A DNA stretch of 64,000 nucleotides, taken from positions 22,506,001 to 22,570,000 of the forward strand of contig OZ059896.1 in the NCBI GenBank assembly GCA_964057225.1, written 5' to 3'. The notes under the pieces are model-generated. The model made no database searches. It was given only the letters and a program-made list of their open reading frames with translations, and had not been told where the DNA came from. A program made the position numbers and the translations under genes. Position 1 is the stretch's first letter. Every line of letters begins with the position of its first letter. Positions 42,601-55,800 of this stretch are shown here, piece after piece. The DNA comes from Auanema rhodensis. Its lineage: Eukaryota > Animalia > Nematoda.

Positions 42601-45600
42601 CTCGATTTTCACCCTGAAGAATTAATTTTTTCGTTGAATAACATTGTCCATCGTCTTTGCCTTGAAAAAAGGAATCTAAAAACATCTACTTTTTGCTAAA
42701 TTATTCTGAAATTTTTCGAAAAAATTTTTGTCAAAATGTTTTTGGAAGCAATGTTGAGTGTACATGGAAACTCAACATACACTAATGCATCATTTTTCAA
42801 ACGATCATAACTAATTTTTTCATTAAGCGTTTCTCAATGTAGTATAGTGCATTCGATGCGGATTTTTAAGCTGCGTCGATCTGTGTTATCAGATTTGCGC
42901 TAGCTTAAAAATGCACCGAGATATCAACTGATATAAGTTCACACTTATATCCTCAATTTTCACCCTGAAGAATTAATTTTTTCGTAGAATAACATTGTCC
43001 ATCGTCTTTGCCTTGAAAAAAGGAATCTAAAAACATCTACTTTTTGCTAAATTATTTTGAAATTTTTCGAAAAAATTTTTGTCAAAATGTTTTTGGAAGC
43101 AATGTTGAGTGTACATGGAAACTCAACATACACTAATGCATCATTTTTCAAACGATCATAACTAATTTTTTCATTAAGCGTTTCTCAATGTAGTATAGTG
43201 CATTCGATGCGGATTTTCAAGCTGCGTCGATCTGTGTTATCAGATTTGCGCTAGCTTGAAAATGCACCGAGATATCAACTGATATAAGTTCACACTTATA
43301 TCCTCAATTTTCACCCTGAAGAATTAATTTTTTCGTAGAATAACATTGTCCAACGTCTTTGCCTTGAAAAAAGGAATCTAAAAACATCTATTTTTTGCTA
43401 AATTATTTTGAAATTTTTCGAAAAAAGTTTTGTCAAAATGTTTTTGGAAGCAATGTTGAGTGTACATGGAAACTCAACATACACTAATGCATCATTTTTC
43501 AAACGATCATAACTAATTTTTTCATTAAGCGTTTCTCAATGTAGTATAGTGCATTCGATGCGGATTTTTAAGCTGCGTCGATCTGTGTTATCAGATTTGC
43601 GCTAGCTTAAAAATGCACCGAGATATCAACTGATATAAGTTCACACTTATATCCTCAATTTTCACCCTGAAGAATTAATTTTTTCGTAGAATAACATTGT
43701 CCATCGTCTTTGCCTTGAAAAAAGGAATCTAAAAACATCTACTTTTTGCTAAATTATTTTGAAATTTTTCGAAAAAATTTTTGTCAAAATGTTTTTGGAA
43801 GCAATGTTGAGTGTACATGGAAACTCAACATACACTAATGCATCATGTTTCAAACGATCATAACTAATTTTTGTATTAAGCGTTTCTCAATGTAGTATAG
43901 TGCATTCGATGCGGATTTTTAAGCTGCGTCGATCTGTGTTATCAGATTTGCGCTAGCTTAAAAATGCACCGAGATATCAACTGATATAAGTTCACACTTA
44001 TATCCTCGATTTTCACCCTGAAGAATTAATTTTTTCGTTGAATAACATTGTTAATCGTCTTTGCCTTGAAAAAAGGAATCTAAAAACATCTACTTTTTGC
44101 TAAATTATCCTGAAATTTTTCGAAAAAATTTTTGTCAAAATGTTTTTGGAAGCAATGTTGAGTGTACATGGAAACTCAACATACACTAATGCATCATTTT
44201 TCAAACAATCATAACTAATTTTTGTATTAAGCGTTTCTCAATGTAGTATAGTGCATTCGATGCGGATTTTTAAGCTGCGTCGATCTGTGTTATCAGATTT
44301 GCGCTAGCTTGAAAATGCACCGAGATATCAACTGATATAAGTTCACACTTATATCCTCGATTTTCACCCTGAAGAATTAATTTTTTCGTTGAATAACATT
44401 GTCCATCGTCTTTGCCTTGAAAAAAGGAATCTAAAAACATCTACTTTTTGCTAAATTATTTTGAAATTTTTCGAAAAAATTTTTGTCAAAATGTTTTTGG
44501 AAGCAATGTTGAGTGTACATGGAAACTCAACATACACTAATGCATCATTTTTCAAACGATCATAACTAATTTTTTCATTAAGCGTTTCTCAATGTAGTAT
44601 AGTGCATTCGATGCGGATTTTCAAGCTGCGTCGATCTGTGTTATCAGATTTGCGCTAGCTTGAAAATGCACCGAGATATCAACTGATATAAGTTCACACT
44701 TATATCCTCGATTTTCACCCTGAAGAATTAATTTTTTCGTTGAATAACATTGTCCATCGTCTTTGCCTTGAAAAAAGGAATCTAAAAACATCTACTTTTT
44801 GCTAAATTATTTTGAAATTTTTCGAAAAAATTTTTGTCAAAATGTTTTTGGAAGCAATGTTGAGTGTACATGGAAACTCAACATACACTAATGCATCATT
44901 TTTCAAACGATCATAACTAATTTTTTTATTAAGCGTTTCTCAATGTAGTATAGTGCATTCGATGCGGATTTTCAAGCTGCGTCGATCTGTGTTATCAGAT
45001 TTGCGCTAGCTTGAAAATGAACCGAGATATCAACTGATATAAGTTCACACTTATATCCTCGATTTTCACCCTGAAGAATTAATTTTTTCGTTGAATAACA
45101 TGGTCCATCGTCTTTGCCTTGAAAAAAGGAATCTAAAAACATCTACTTTTTGCTAAATTATTTTGAAATTTTTCGAAAAAATTTTTGTCAAAATGTTTTT
45201 GGAAGCAATGTTGAGTGTACATGGAAACTCAACATACACTAATGCATCATTTTTCAAACGATCATAACTAATTTTTTCATTAAGCGTTTCTCAATGTAGT
45301 ATAGTGCATTCGATGCGGATTTTTAAGCTGCGTCGATCTGTGTTATCAGATTTGCGCTAGCTTAAAAATGCACCGAGATATCAACTGATATAAGTTCACA
45401 CTTATATCCTCAATTTTCACCCTGAAGAATTAATTTTTTCGTAGAATAACATTGTCCATCGTCTTTGCCTTGAAAAAAGGAATCTAAAAACATCTACTTC
45501 TTGCTAAATTATTTTGAAATTTTTCGAAAAAATTTTTGTCAAAATGTTTTTGGAAGCAATGTTGAGTGTACATGGAAACTCAACATACACTAATGCATCA

Positions 45601-47736
45601 TTTTTCAAACGATCATAACTAATTTTTTCATTAAGCGTTTCTCAATGTAGTATAGTGCATTCGATGCGGATTTTTAAGCTGCGTCGATCTGTGTTATCAG
45701 ATTTGCGCTAGCTTAAAAATGCACCGAGATATCAACTGATATAAGTTCACACTTATATCCTCAATTTTCACCCTGAAGAATTAATTTTTTCGTAGAATAA
45801 CATTGTCCATCGTCTTTGCCTTGAAAAAAGGAATCTAAAAACATCTACTTCTTGCTAAATTATTTTGAAATTTTTCGAAAAAATTTTTGTCAAAATGTTT
45901 TTGGAAGCAATGTTGAGTGTACATGGAAACTCAACATACACTAATGCATCATGTTTCAAACGATCATAACTAATTTTTGTATTTAGCGTTTCTCAATGTA
46001 GTATAGTGCATTCGATGCGGATTTTTAAGCTGCGTCGATCTGTGTTATCAGATTTGCGCTAGCTTGAAAATGCACCGAGATATCAACTGATATAAGTTCA
46101 CACTTATATCCTCGATTTTCACCCTGAAGAATCAATTTTTTCGTTGAATAACATTGTCCATCGTCTTTGCCTTGAAAAAAGGAATCTAAAAACATCTACT
46201 TTTTGCTAAATTATTTCGAAATTTTTCGAAAAAATTTTTGTCAAAATGTTTTTGGAAGCAATGTTGAGTGTACATGGAAACTCAACATACACTAATGCAT
46301 CATTTTTCAAACGATCATAACTAATTTTTTCATTAAGCGTTTCTCAATGTAGTATAGTGCATTCGATGCGGATTTTTAAGCTGCGTCGATCTGTGTTATC
46401 AGATTTGCGCTAGCTTAAAAATGCACCGAGATATCAACTGATATAAGTTCACACTTATATCCTCAATTTTCACCCTGAAGAATTAATTTTTTCGTAGAAT
46501 AACATTGTCCATCGTCTTTGCCTTGAAAAAAGGAATCTAAAAACATCTACTTTTTGCTAAATTATTTTGAAATTTTTCGAAAAAATTTTTGTCAAAATGT
46601 TTTTGGAAGCAATGTTGAGTGTACATGGAAACTCAACATACACTAATGCATCATGTTTCAAACGATCATAACTAATTTTTGTATTAAGCGTTTCTCAATG
46701 TAGTATAGTGCATTCGATGCGGATTTTTAAGCTGCGTCGATCTGTGTTATCAGATTTGCGCTAGCTTAAAAATGCACCGAGATATCAACTGATATAAGTT
46801 CACACTTATATCCTCGATTTTCACCCTGAAGAATTAATTTTTTCGTTGAATAACATTGTCCATCGTCTTTGCCTTGAAAAAAGGAATCTAAAAACATCTA
46901 CTTTTTGCTAAATTATTCTGAAATTTTTCGAAAAAATTTTTGTCAAAATGTTTTTGGAAGCAATGTTGAGTGTACATGGAAACTCAACATACACTAATGC
47001 ATCATTTTTCAAACGATCATAACTAATTTTTTCATTAAGCGTTTCTCAATGTAGTATAGTGCATTCGATGCGGATTTTTAAGCTGCGTCGATCTGTGTTA
47101 TCAGATTTGCGCTAGCTTAAAAATGCACCGAGATATCAACTGATATAAGTTCACACTTATATCCTCAATTTTCACCCTGAAGAATTAATTTTTTCGTAGA
47201 ATAACATTGTCCATCGTCTTTGCCTTGAAAAAAGGAATCTAAAAACATCTACTTTTTGCTAAATTATTTTGAAATTTTTCGAAAAAATTTTTGTCAAAAT
47301 GTTTTTGGAAGCAATGTTGAGTGTACATGGAAACTCAACATACACTAATGCATCATTTTTCAAACGATCATAACTAATTTTTTCATTAAGCGTTTCTCAA
47401 TGTAGTATAGTGCATTCGATGCGGATTTTCAAGCTGCGTCGATCTGTGTTATCAGATTTGCGCTAGCTTGAAAATGCACCGAGATATCAACTGATATAAG
47501 TTCACACTTATATCCTCAATTTTCACCCTGAAGAATTAATTTTTTCGTAGAATAACATTGTCCAACGTCTTTGCCTTGAAAAAAGGAATCTAAAAACATC
47601 TATTTTTTGCTAAATTATTTTGAAATTTTTCGAAAAAAGTTTTGTCAAAATGTTTTTGGAAGCAATGTTGAGTGTACATGGAAACTCAACATACACTAAT
47701 GCATCATTTTTCAAACGATCATAACTAATTTTTTCA
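39313..47736. repeat. Near-perfect tandem duplication of a 12-monomer (4212-bp) unit
   Basis: The rare markers ATGAACC, AACATGGT, ACTTCTT, GTATTTAG, GAATCAAT and CCAACG all recur 4212 bp apart. The only difference I found is C41526 versus G45738. Confidence 0.88.
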
Positions 47737-49842
47737 TTAAGCGTTTCTCAATGTAGTATAGTGCATTCGATGCGGATTTTTAAGCTGCGTCGATCTGTGT
47801 TATCAGATTTGCGCTAGCTTAAAAATGCACCGAGATATCAACTGATATAAGTTCACACTTATATCCTCAATTTTCACCCTGAAGAATTAATTTTTTCGTA
47901 GAATAACATTGTCCATCGTCTTTGCCTTGAGAAAAGGAATCTAAAAACATCTACTTTTTGCTAAATTATTTTGAAATTTTTCGAAAAAAGTTTTGTCAAA
48001 ATGTTTTTGGAAGCAATGTTGAGTGTACATGGAAACTCAACATACACTAATGCATCATTTTTCAAACGATCATAACTAATTTTTTCATTAAGCGTTTCTC
48101 AATGTAGTATAGTGCATTCGATGCGGATTTTTAAGCTGCGTCGATCTGTGTTATCAGATTTGCGCTAGCTTAAAAATGCACCGAGATATCAACTGATATA
48201 AGTTCACACTTATATCCTCAATTTTCACCCTGAAGAATTAATTTTTTCGTAGAATAACATTGTCCATCGTCTTTGCCTTGAAAAAAGGAATCTAAAAACA
48301 TCTACTTTTTGCTAAATTATTTTGAAATTTTTCGAAAAAATTTTTGTCAAAATGTTTTTGGAAGCAATGTTGAGTGTACATGGAAACTCAACATACACTA
48401 ATGCATCATGTTTCAAACGATCATAACTAATTTTTGTATTAAGCGTTTCTCAATGTAGTATAGTGCATTCGATGCGGATTTTTAAGCTGCGTCGATCTGT
48501 GTTATCAGATTTACGCTAGCTTAAAAATGCACCGAGATATCAACTGATATAAGTTTACACTTATAGCCTCGATTTTCACCCTGAAGAATTGATTTTTTCG
48601 TTGAATAACATTGTCCATCGTTTTTGCCTTGAAAAAAGAAATCCAAAAACAGCTACTTTTTGCTAAATTATTTTGAAATTTTTCGAAAAAATTTTTGTCA
48701 AAATGTTTTTGGAAGCAATGTTGATTGTACATGGAAACTCAACATACACTAATGCATCATTTTTCAAACGATCATAACTAATTTTTTCATTAAGCGTTTC
48801 TCAATGTAGTATAGTGCATTCGATGCGGATTTTTAAGCTGCGTCGATCTGTGTTATCAGATTTGCGCTAGCTTAAAAATGCACCGAGATATCAACTGATA
48901 TAAGTTCACACTTATATCCTCAATTTTCACCCTGAAGAATTAATTTTTTCGTAGAATAACATTGTCCATCGTCTTTGCCTTGAAAAAAGGAATCTAAAAA
49001 CATCTACTTTTTGCTAAATTATTTTGAAATTTTTCGAAAAAATTTTTGTCAAAATGTTTTTGGAAGCAATGTTGAGTGTACATGGAAACTCAACATACAC
49101 TAATGCATCATGTTTCAAACGATCATAACTAATTTTTGTATTAAGCGTTTCTCAATGTAGTATAGTGCATTCGATGCGGATTTTTAAGCTGCGTCGATCT
49201 GTGTTATCAGATTTGCGCTAGCTTGAAAATGCACCGAGATATCAACTGATATAAGTTCACACTTATATCCTCGATTTTCACCCTGGAGAATTAATTTTTT
49301 CGTTGAATAACATTGTCCATCGTCTTTGCCTTGAAAAAAGGAATCTAAAAACATCTACTTTTTGCTAAATTATTTTGAAATTTTTCGAAAAAATTTTTGT
49401 CAAAATGTTTTTGGAAGCAATGTTGAGTGTACATGGAAACTCAACATACACTAATGCATCATTTTTCAAACGATCATAACTAATTTTTTCATTAAGCGTT
49501 TCTCAATGTAGTATAGTGCATTCGATGCGGATTTTTAAGCTGCGTCGATCTGTGTTATCAGATTTGCGCTAGCTTAAAAATGCACTGAGATATCAACTGA
49601 TATAAGTTCACACTTATATCCTCAATTTTCACCCTGAAGAATTAATTTTTTCGTAGAATAACATTGTCCATCGTCTTTGCCTTGAAAAAAGGAATCTAAA
49701 AACATCTACTTTTTGCTAAATTATTTTGAAATTTTTTGAAAAAAGTTTTGTCAAAATGTTTTTGGAAGCAATGTTGAGTGTACATGGAAACTCAACATAC
49801 ACTAATGCATCATTTTTCAAACGATCATAACTAATTTTTTCA

Positions 49843-52800
49843 TTAAGCGTTTCTCAATGTAGTATAGTGCATTCGATGCGGATTTTTAAGCTGCGTCGAT
49901 CTGTGTTATCAGATTTGCGCTAGCTTAAAAATGCACCGAGATATCAACTGATATAAGTTCACACTTATATCCTCAATTTTCACCCTGAAGAATTAATTTT
50001 TTCGTAGAATAACATTGTCCATCGTCTTTGCCTTGAAAAAAGGAATCTAAAAACATCTACTTTTTGCTAAATTATTTTGAAATTTTTCGAAAAAAGTTTT
50101 GTCAAAATGTTTTTGGAAGCAATGTTGAGTGTACATGGAAACTCAACATACACTAATGCATCATTTTTCAAACGATCATAACTAATTTTTTCATTAAGCG
50201 TTTCTCAATGTAGTATAGTGCATTCGATGCGGATTTTTAAGCTGCGTCGATCTGTGTTATCAGATTTGCGCTAGCTTAAAAATGCACCGAGATATCAACT
50301 GATATAAGTTCACACTTATATCCTCAATTTTCACCCTGAAGAATTAATTTTTTCGTAGAATAACATTGTCCATCGTCTTTGCCTTGAAAAAAGGAATCTA
50401 AAAACATCTACTTTTTGCTAAATTATTTTGAAATTTTTCGAAAAAATTTTTGTCAAAATGTTTTTGGAAGCAATGTTGAGTGTACATGGAAACTCAACAT
50501 ACACTAATGCATCATGTTTCAAACGATCATAACTAATTTTTGTATTAAGCGTTTCTCAATGTAGTATAGTGCATTCGATGCGGATTTTTAAGCTGCGTCG
50601 ATCTGTGTTATCAGATTTACGCTAGCTTAAAAATGCACCGAGATATCAACTGATATAAGTTCACACTTATAGCCTCGATTTTCACCCTGAAGAATTGATT
50701 TTTTCGTTGAATAACATTGTCAATCGTTTTTGCCTTGAAAAAAGAAATCCAAAAACATCTACTTTTTGCTAAATTATTTTGAAATTTTTCGAAAAAATTT
50801 TTGTCAAAATGTTTTTGGAAGCAATGTTGATTGTACATGGAAACTCAACATACACTAATGCATCATTTTTCAAACGATCATAACTAATTTTTTCATTAAG
50901 CGTTTCTCAATGTAGTATAGTGCATTCGATGCGGATTTTTAAGCTGCGTCGATCTGTGTTATCAGATTTGCGCTAGCTTAAAAATGCACCGAGATATCAA
51001 CTGATATAAGTGCACACTTATATCCTCAATTTTCACCCTGAAGAATTATTTTTTTCGTAGAATAACATTGTCCATCGTCTTTGCCTTGAAAAAAGGAATC
51101 TAAAAACATCTACTTTTTGCTAAATTATCTTGAAATTTTTCGAAAAAATTTTTGTCAAAATGTTTTTGGAAGCAATGTTGAGTGTACATGGAAACTCAAC
51201 ATACACTAATGCATCATTTTTCAAACGATCATAACTAATTTCTGTATTAAGCGTTTCTCAATGTAGTATAGTGCATTCGATGCGGATTTTTAAGCTGCGT
51301 CGATCTGTGTTATCAGATTTGCGCTATCTTAAAAATGCACCGAGATATCAATTGATATAAGTTCACACTTATATCCTCGATTTTCACCCTGAAGAATTAA
51401 TTTTTTCGTTGAATAACTTTGTCCATCGTCTTTGCTTTGAAAAAAGGAATCTAAAAACATCTACTTTTTGCTAAATTATTTTGAAATTTTTCGAAAAAAT
51501 TTTTGTCAAAATGTTTTTGGAAGCAATGTTGAGTGTACATGGAAACTCAACATACACTAATGCATCATTTTTCAAACGATCATAACTAATTTCTGTATTA
51601 AGCGTTTCTCAATGTAGTATAGTGCATTCGATGCGGATTTTTAAGCTGCGTCGATCTGTGTTATCAGATTTGCGCTAGCTTAAAAATGCACCGAGATATC
51701 AACTGATATAAGTTCACACTTATATCCTCGATTTTCACCCTGAAGAATTAATTTTTTCGTTGAATAACATTGTCCATCGTCTTTGCCTTAAAAAAAAGGA
51801 ATCTAAAAACATCTACTTTTTGCTAAATTATTCTGAAATTTTTCGAAAAAATTTTTGTCAAAATGTTTTTGGAAGCAATGTTGAGTGTACATGGAAACTC
51901 AACATACACTAATGCATCATGTTTCAAACGATCATAACTAATTTTTGTATTAAGCGTTTCTCAATGTAGTATAGTGCATTCGATGCGGATTTTTAAGCTG
52001 CGTCGATCTGTGTTATCAGATTTACGCTAGCTTAAAAATGCACCGAGATATCAACTGATATAAGTTCACACTTATATCCTCAATTTTCACCCTGAAGAAT
52101 TAATTTTTTCGTAGAATAACATTGTCCATCGTCTTTGCCTTGAAAAAAGGAATCTAAAAACATCTACTTTTTGCTAAATTATTTTGAAATTTTTCGAAAA
52201 AAGTTTTGTCAAAATGTTTTTGGAAGCAATGTTGAGTGTACATGGAAACTCAACATACACTAATGCATCATTTTTCAAACGATCATAACTAATTTTTTCA
52301 TTAAGCGTTTCTCAATGTAGTATAGTGCATTCGATGCGGATTTTTAAGCTGCGTCGATCTGTGTTATCAGATTTGCGCTAGCTTAAAAATGCACCGAGAT
52401 ATCAACTGATATAAGTTCACACTTATATCCTCAATTTTCACCCTGAAGAATTAATTTTTTCGTAGAATAACATTGTCCATCGTCTTTGCCTTGAAAAAAG
52501 GAATCTAAAAACATCTACTTTTTGCTAAATTATTTTGAAATTTTTCGAAAAAATTTTTGTCAAAATGTTTTTGGAAGCAATGTTGAGTGTACATGGAAAC
52601 TCAACATACACTAATGCATCATTTTTCAAACGATCATAACTAATTTTTTCATTAAGCGTTTCTCAATGTAGTATAGTGCATTCGATGCGGATTTTTAAGC
52701 TGCGTCGATCTGTGTTATCAGATTTGCGCTATCTTAAAAATGCACCGAGATATCAATTGATATAAGTTCACACTTATATCCTCGATTTTCACCCTGAAGA

Positions 52801-55800
52801 ATTAATTTTTTCGTTGAATAACTTTGTCCATCGTCTTTGCTTTGAAAAAAGGAATCTAAAAACATCTACTTTTTGCTAAATTATTTTGAAATTTTTCGAA
52901 AAAATTTTTGTCAAAATGTTTTTGGAAGCAATGTTGAGTGTACATGGAAACTCAACATACACTAATGCATCATTTTTCAAACGATCATAACTAATTTCTG
53001 TATTAAGCGTTTCTCAATGTAGTATAGTGCATTCGATGCGGATTTTTAAGCTGCGTCGATCTGTGTTATCAGATTTGCGCTAGCTTAAAAATGCACCGAG
53101 ATATCAACTGATATAAGTTCACACTTATATCCTCGATTTTCACCCTGAAGAATTAATTTTTTCGTTGAATAACATTGTCCATCGTCTTTGCCTTAAAAAA
53201 AAGGAATCTAAAAACATCTACTTTTTGCTAAATTATTCTGAAATTTTTCGAAAAAATTTTTGTCAAAATGTTTTTGGAAGCAATGTTGAGTGTACATGGA
53301 AACTCAACATACACTAATGCATCATGTTTCAAACGATCATAACTAATTTTTGTATTAAGCGTTTCTCAATGTAGTATAGTGCATTCGATGCGGATTTTTA
53401 AGCTGCGTCGATCTGTGTTATCAGATTTACGCTAGCTTAAAAATGCACCGAGATATCAACTGATATAAGTTCACACTTATATCCTCAATTTTCACCCTGA
53501 AGAATTAATTTTTTCGTAGAATAACATTGTCCATCGTCTTTGCCTTGAAAAAAGGAATCTAAAAACATCTACTTTTTGCTAAATTATTTTGAAATTTTTC
53601 GAAAAAAGTTTTGTCAAAATGTTTTTGGAAGCAATGTTGAGTGTACATGGAAACTCAACATACACTAATGCATCATTTTTCAAACGATCATAACTAATTT
53701 TTTCATTAAGCGTTTCTCAATGTAGTATAGTGCATTCGATGCGGATTTTTAAGCTGCGTCGATCTGTGTTATCAGATTTGCGCTAGCTTAAAAATGCACC
53801 GAGATATCAACTGATATAAGTTCACACTTATATCCTCAATTTTCACCCTGAAGAATTAATTTTTTCGTAGAATAACATTGTCCATCGTCTTTGCCTTGAA
53901 AAAAGGAATCTAAAAACATCTACTTTTTGCTAAATTATTTTGAAATTTTTCGAAAAAATTTTTGTCAAAATGTTTTTGGAAGCAATGTTGAGTGTACATG
54001 GAAACTCAACATACACTAATGCATCATGTTTCAAACGATCATAACTAATTTTTGTATTAAGCGTTTCTCAATGTAGTATAGTGCATTCGATGCGGATTTT
54101 TAAGCTGCGTCGATCTGTGTTATCAGATTTACGCTAGCTTAAAAATGCACCGAGATATCAACTGATATAAGTTCACACTTATAGCCTCGATTTTCACCCT
54201 GAAGAATTGATTTTTTCGTTGAATAACATTGTCAATCGTTTTTGCCTTGAAAAAAGAAATCCAAAAACATCTACTTTTTGCTAAATTATTTTGAAATTTT
54301 TCGAAAAAATTTTTGTCAAAATGTTTTTGGAAGCAATGTTGATTGTACATGGAAACTCAACATACACTAATGCATCATTTTTCAAACGATCATAACTAAT
54401 TTTTTCATTAAGCGTTTCTCAATGTAGTATAGTGCATTCGATGCGGATTTTTAAGCTGCGTCGATCTGTGTTATCAGATTTGCGCTAGCTTAAAAATGCA
54501 CCGAGATATCAACTGATATAAGTGCACACTTATATCCTCAATTTTCACCCTGAAGAATTAATTTTTTCGTAGAATAACATTGTCCATCGTCTTTGCCTTG
54601 AAAAAAGGAATCTAAAAACATCTACTTTTTGCTAAATTATCTTGAAATTTTTCGAAAAAATTTTTGTCAAAATGTTTTTGGAAGCAATGTTGAGTGTACA
54701 TGGAAACTCAACATACACTAATGCATCATTTTTCAAACGATCATAACTAATTTCTGTATTAAGCGTTTCTCAATGTAGTATAGTGCATTCGATGCGGATT
54801 TTTAAGCTGCGTCGATCTGTGTTATCAGATTTGCGCTATCTTAAAAATGCACCGAGATATCAATTGATATAAGTTCACACTTATATCCTCGATTTTCACC
54901 CTGAAGAATTAATTTTTTCGTTGAATAACTTTGTCCATCGTCTTTGCTTTGAAAAAAGGAATCTAAAAACATCTACTTTTTGCTAAATTATTTTGAAATT
55001 TTTCGAAAAAATTTTTGTCAAAATGTTTTTGGAAGCAATGTTGAGTGTACATGGAAACTCAACATACACTAATGCATCATTTTTCAAACGATCATAACTA
55101 ATTTCTGTATTAAGCGTTTCTCAATGTAGTATAGTGCATTCGATGCGGATTTTTAAGCTGCGTCGATCTGTGTTATCAGATTTGCGCTAGCTTAAAAATG
55201 CACCGAGATATCAACTGATATAAGTTCACACTTATATCCTCAATTTTCACCCTGAAGAATTAATTTTTTCGTAGAATAACATTGTCCATCGTCTTTGCCT
55301 TGAAAAAAGGAATCTAAAAACATCTACTTTTTGCTAAATTATTTTGAAATTTTTCGAAAAAAGTTTTGTCAAAATGTTTTTGGAAGCAATGTTGAGTGTA
55401 CATGGAAACTCAACATACACTAATGCATCATTTTTCAAACGATCATAACTAATTTTTTCATTAAGCGTTTCTCAATGTAGTATAGTGCATTCGATGCGGA
55501 TTTTTAAGCTGCGTCGATCTGTGTTATCAGATTTGCGCTAGCTTAAAAATGCACCGAGATATCAACTGATATAAGTTCACACTTATATCCTCAATTTTCA
55601 CCCTGAAGAATTAATTTTTTCGTAGAATAACATTGTCCATCGTCTTTGCCTTGAAAAAAGGAATCTAAAAACATCTACTTTTTGCTAAATTATTTTGAAA
55701 TTTTTCGAAAAAATTTTTGTCAAAATGTTTTTGGAAGCAATGTTGAGTGTACATGGAAACTCAACATACACTAATGCATCATGTTTCAAACGATCATAAC

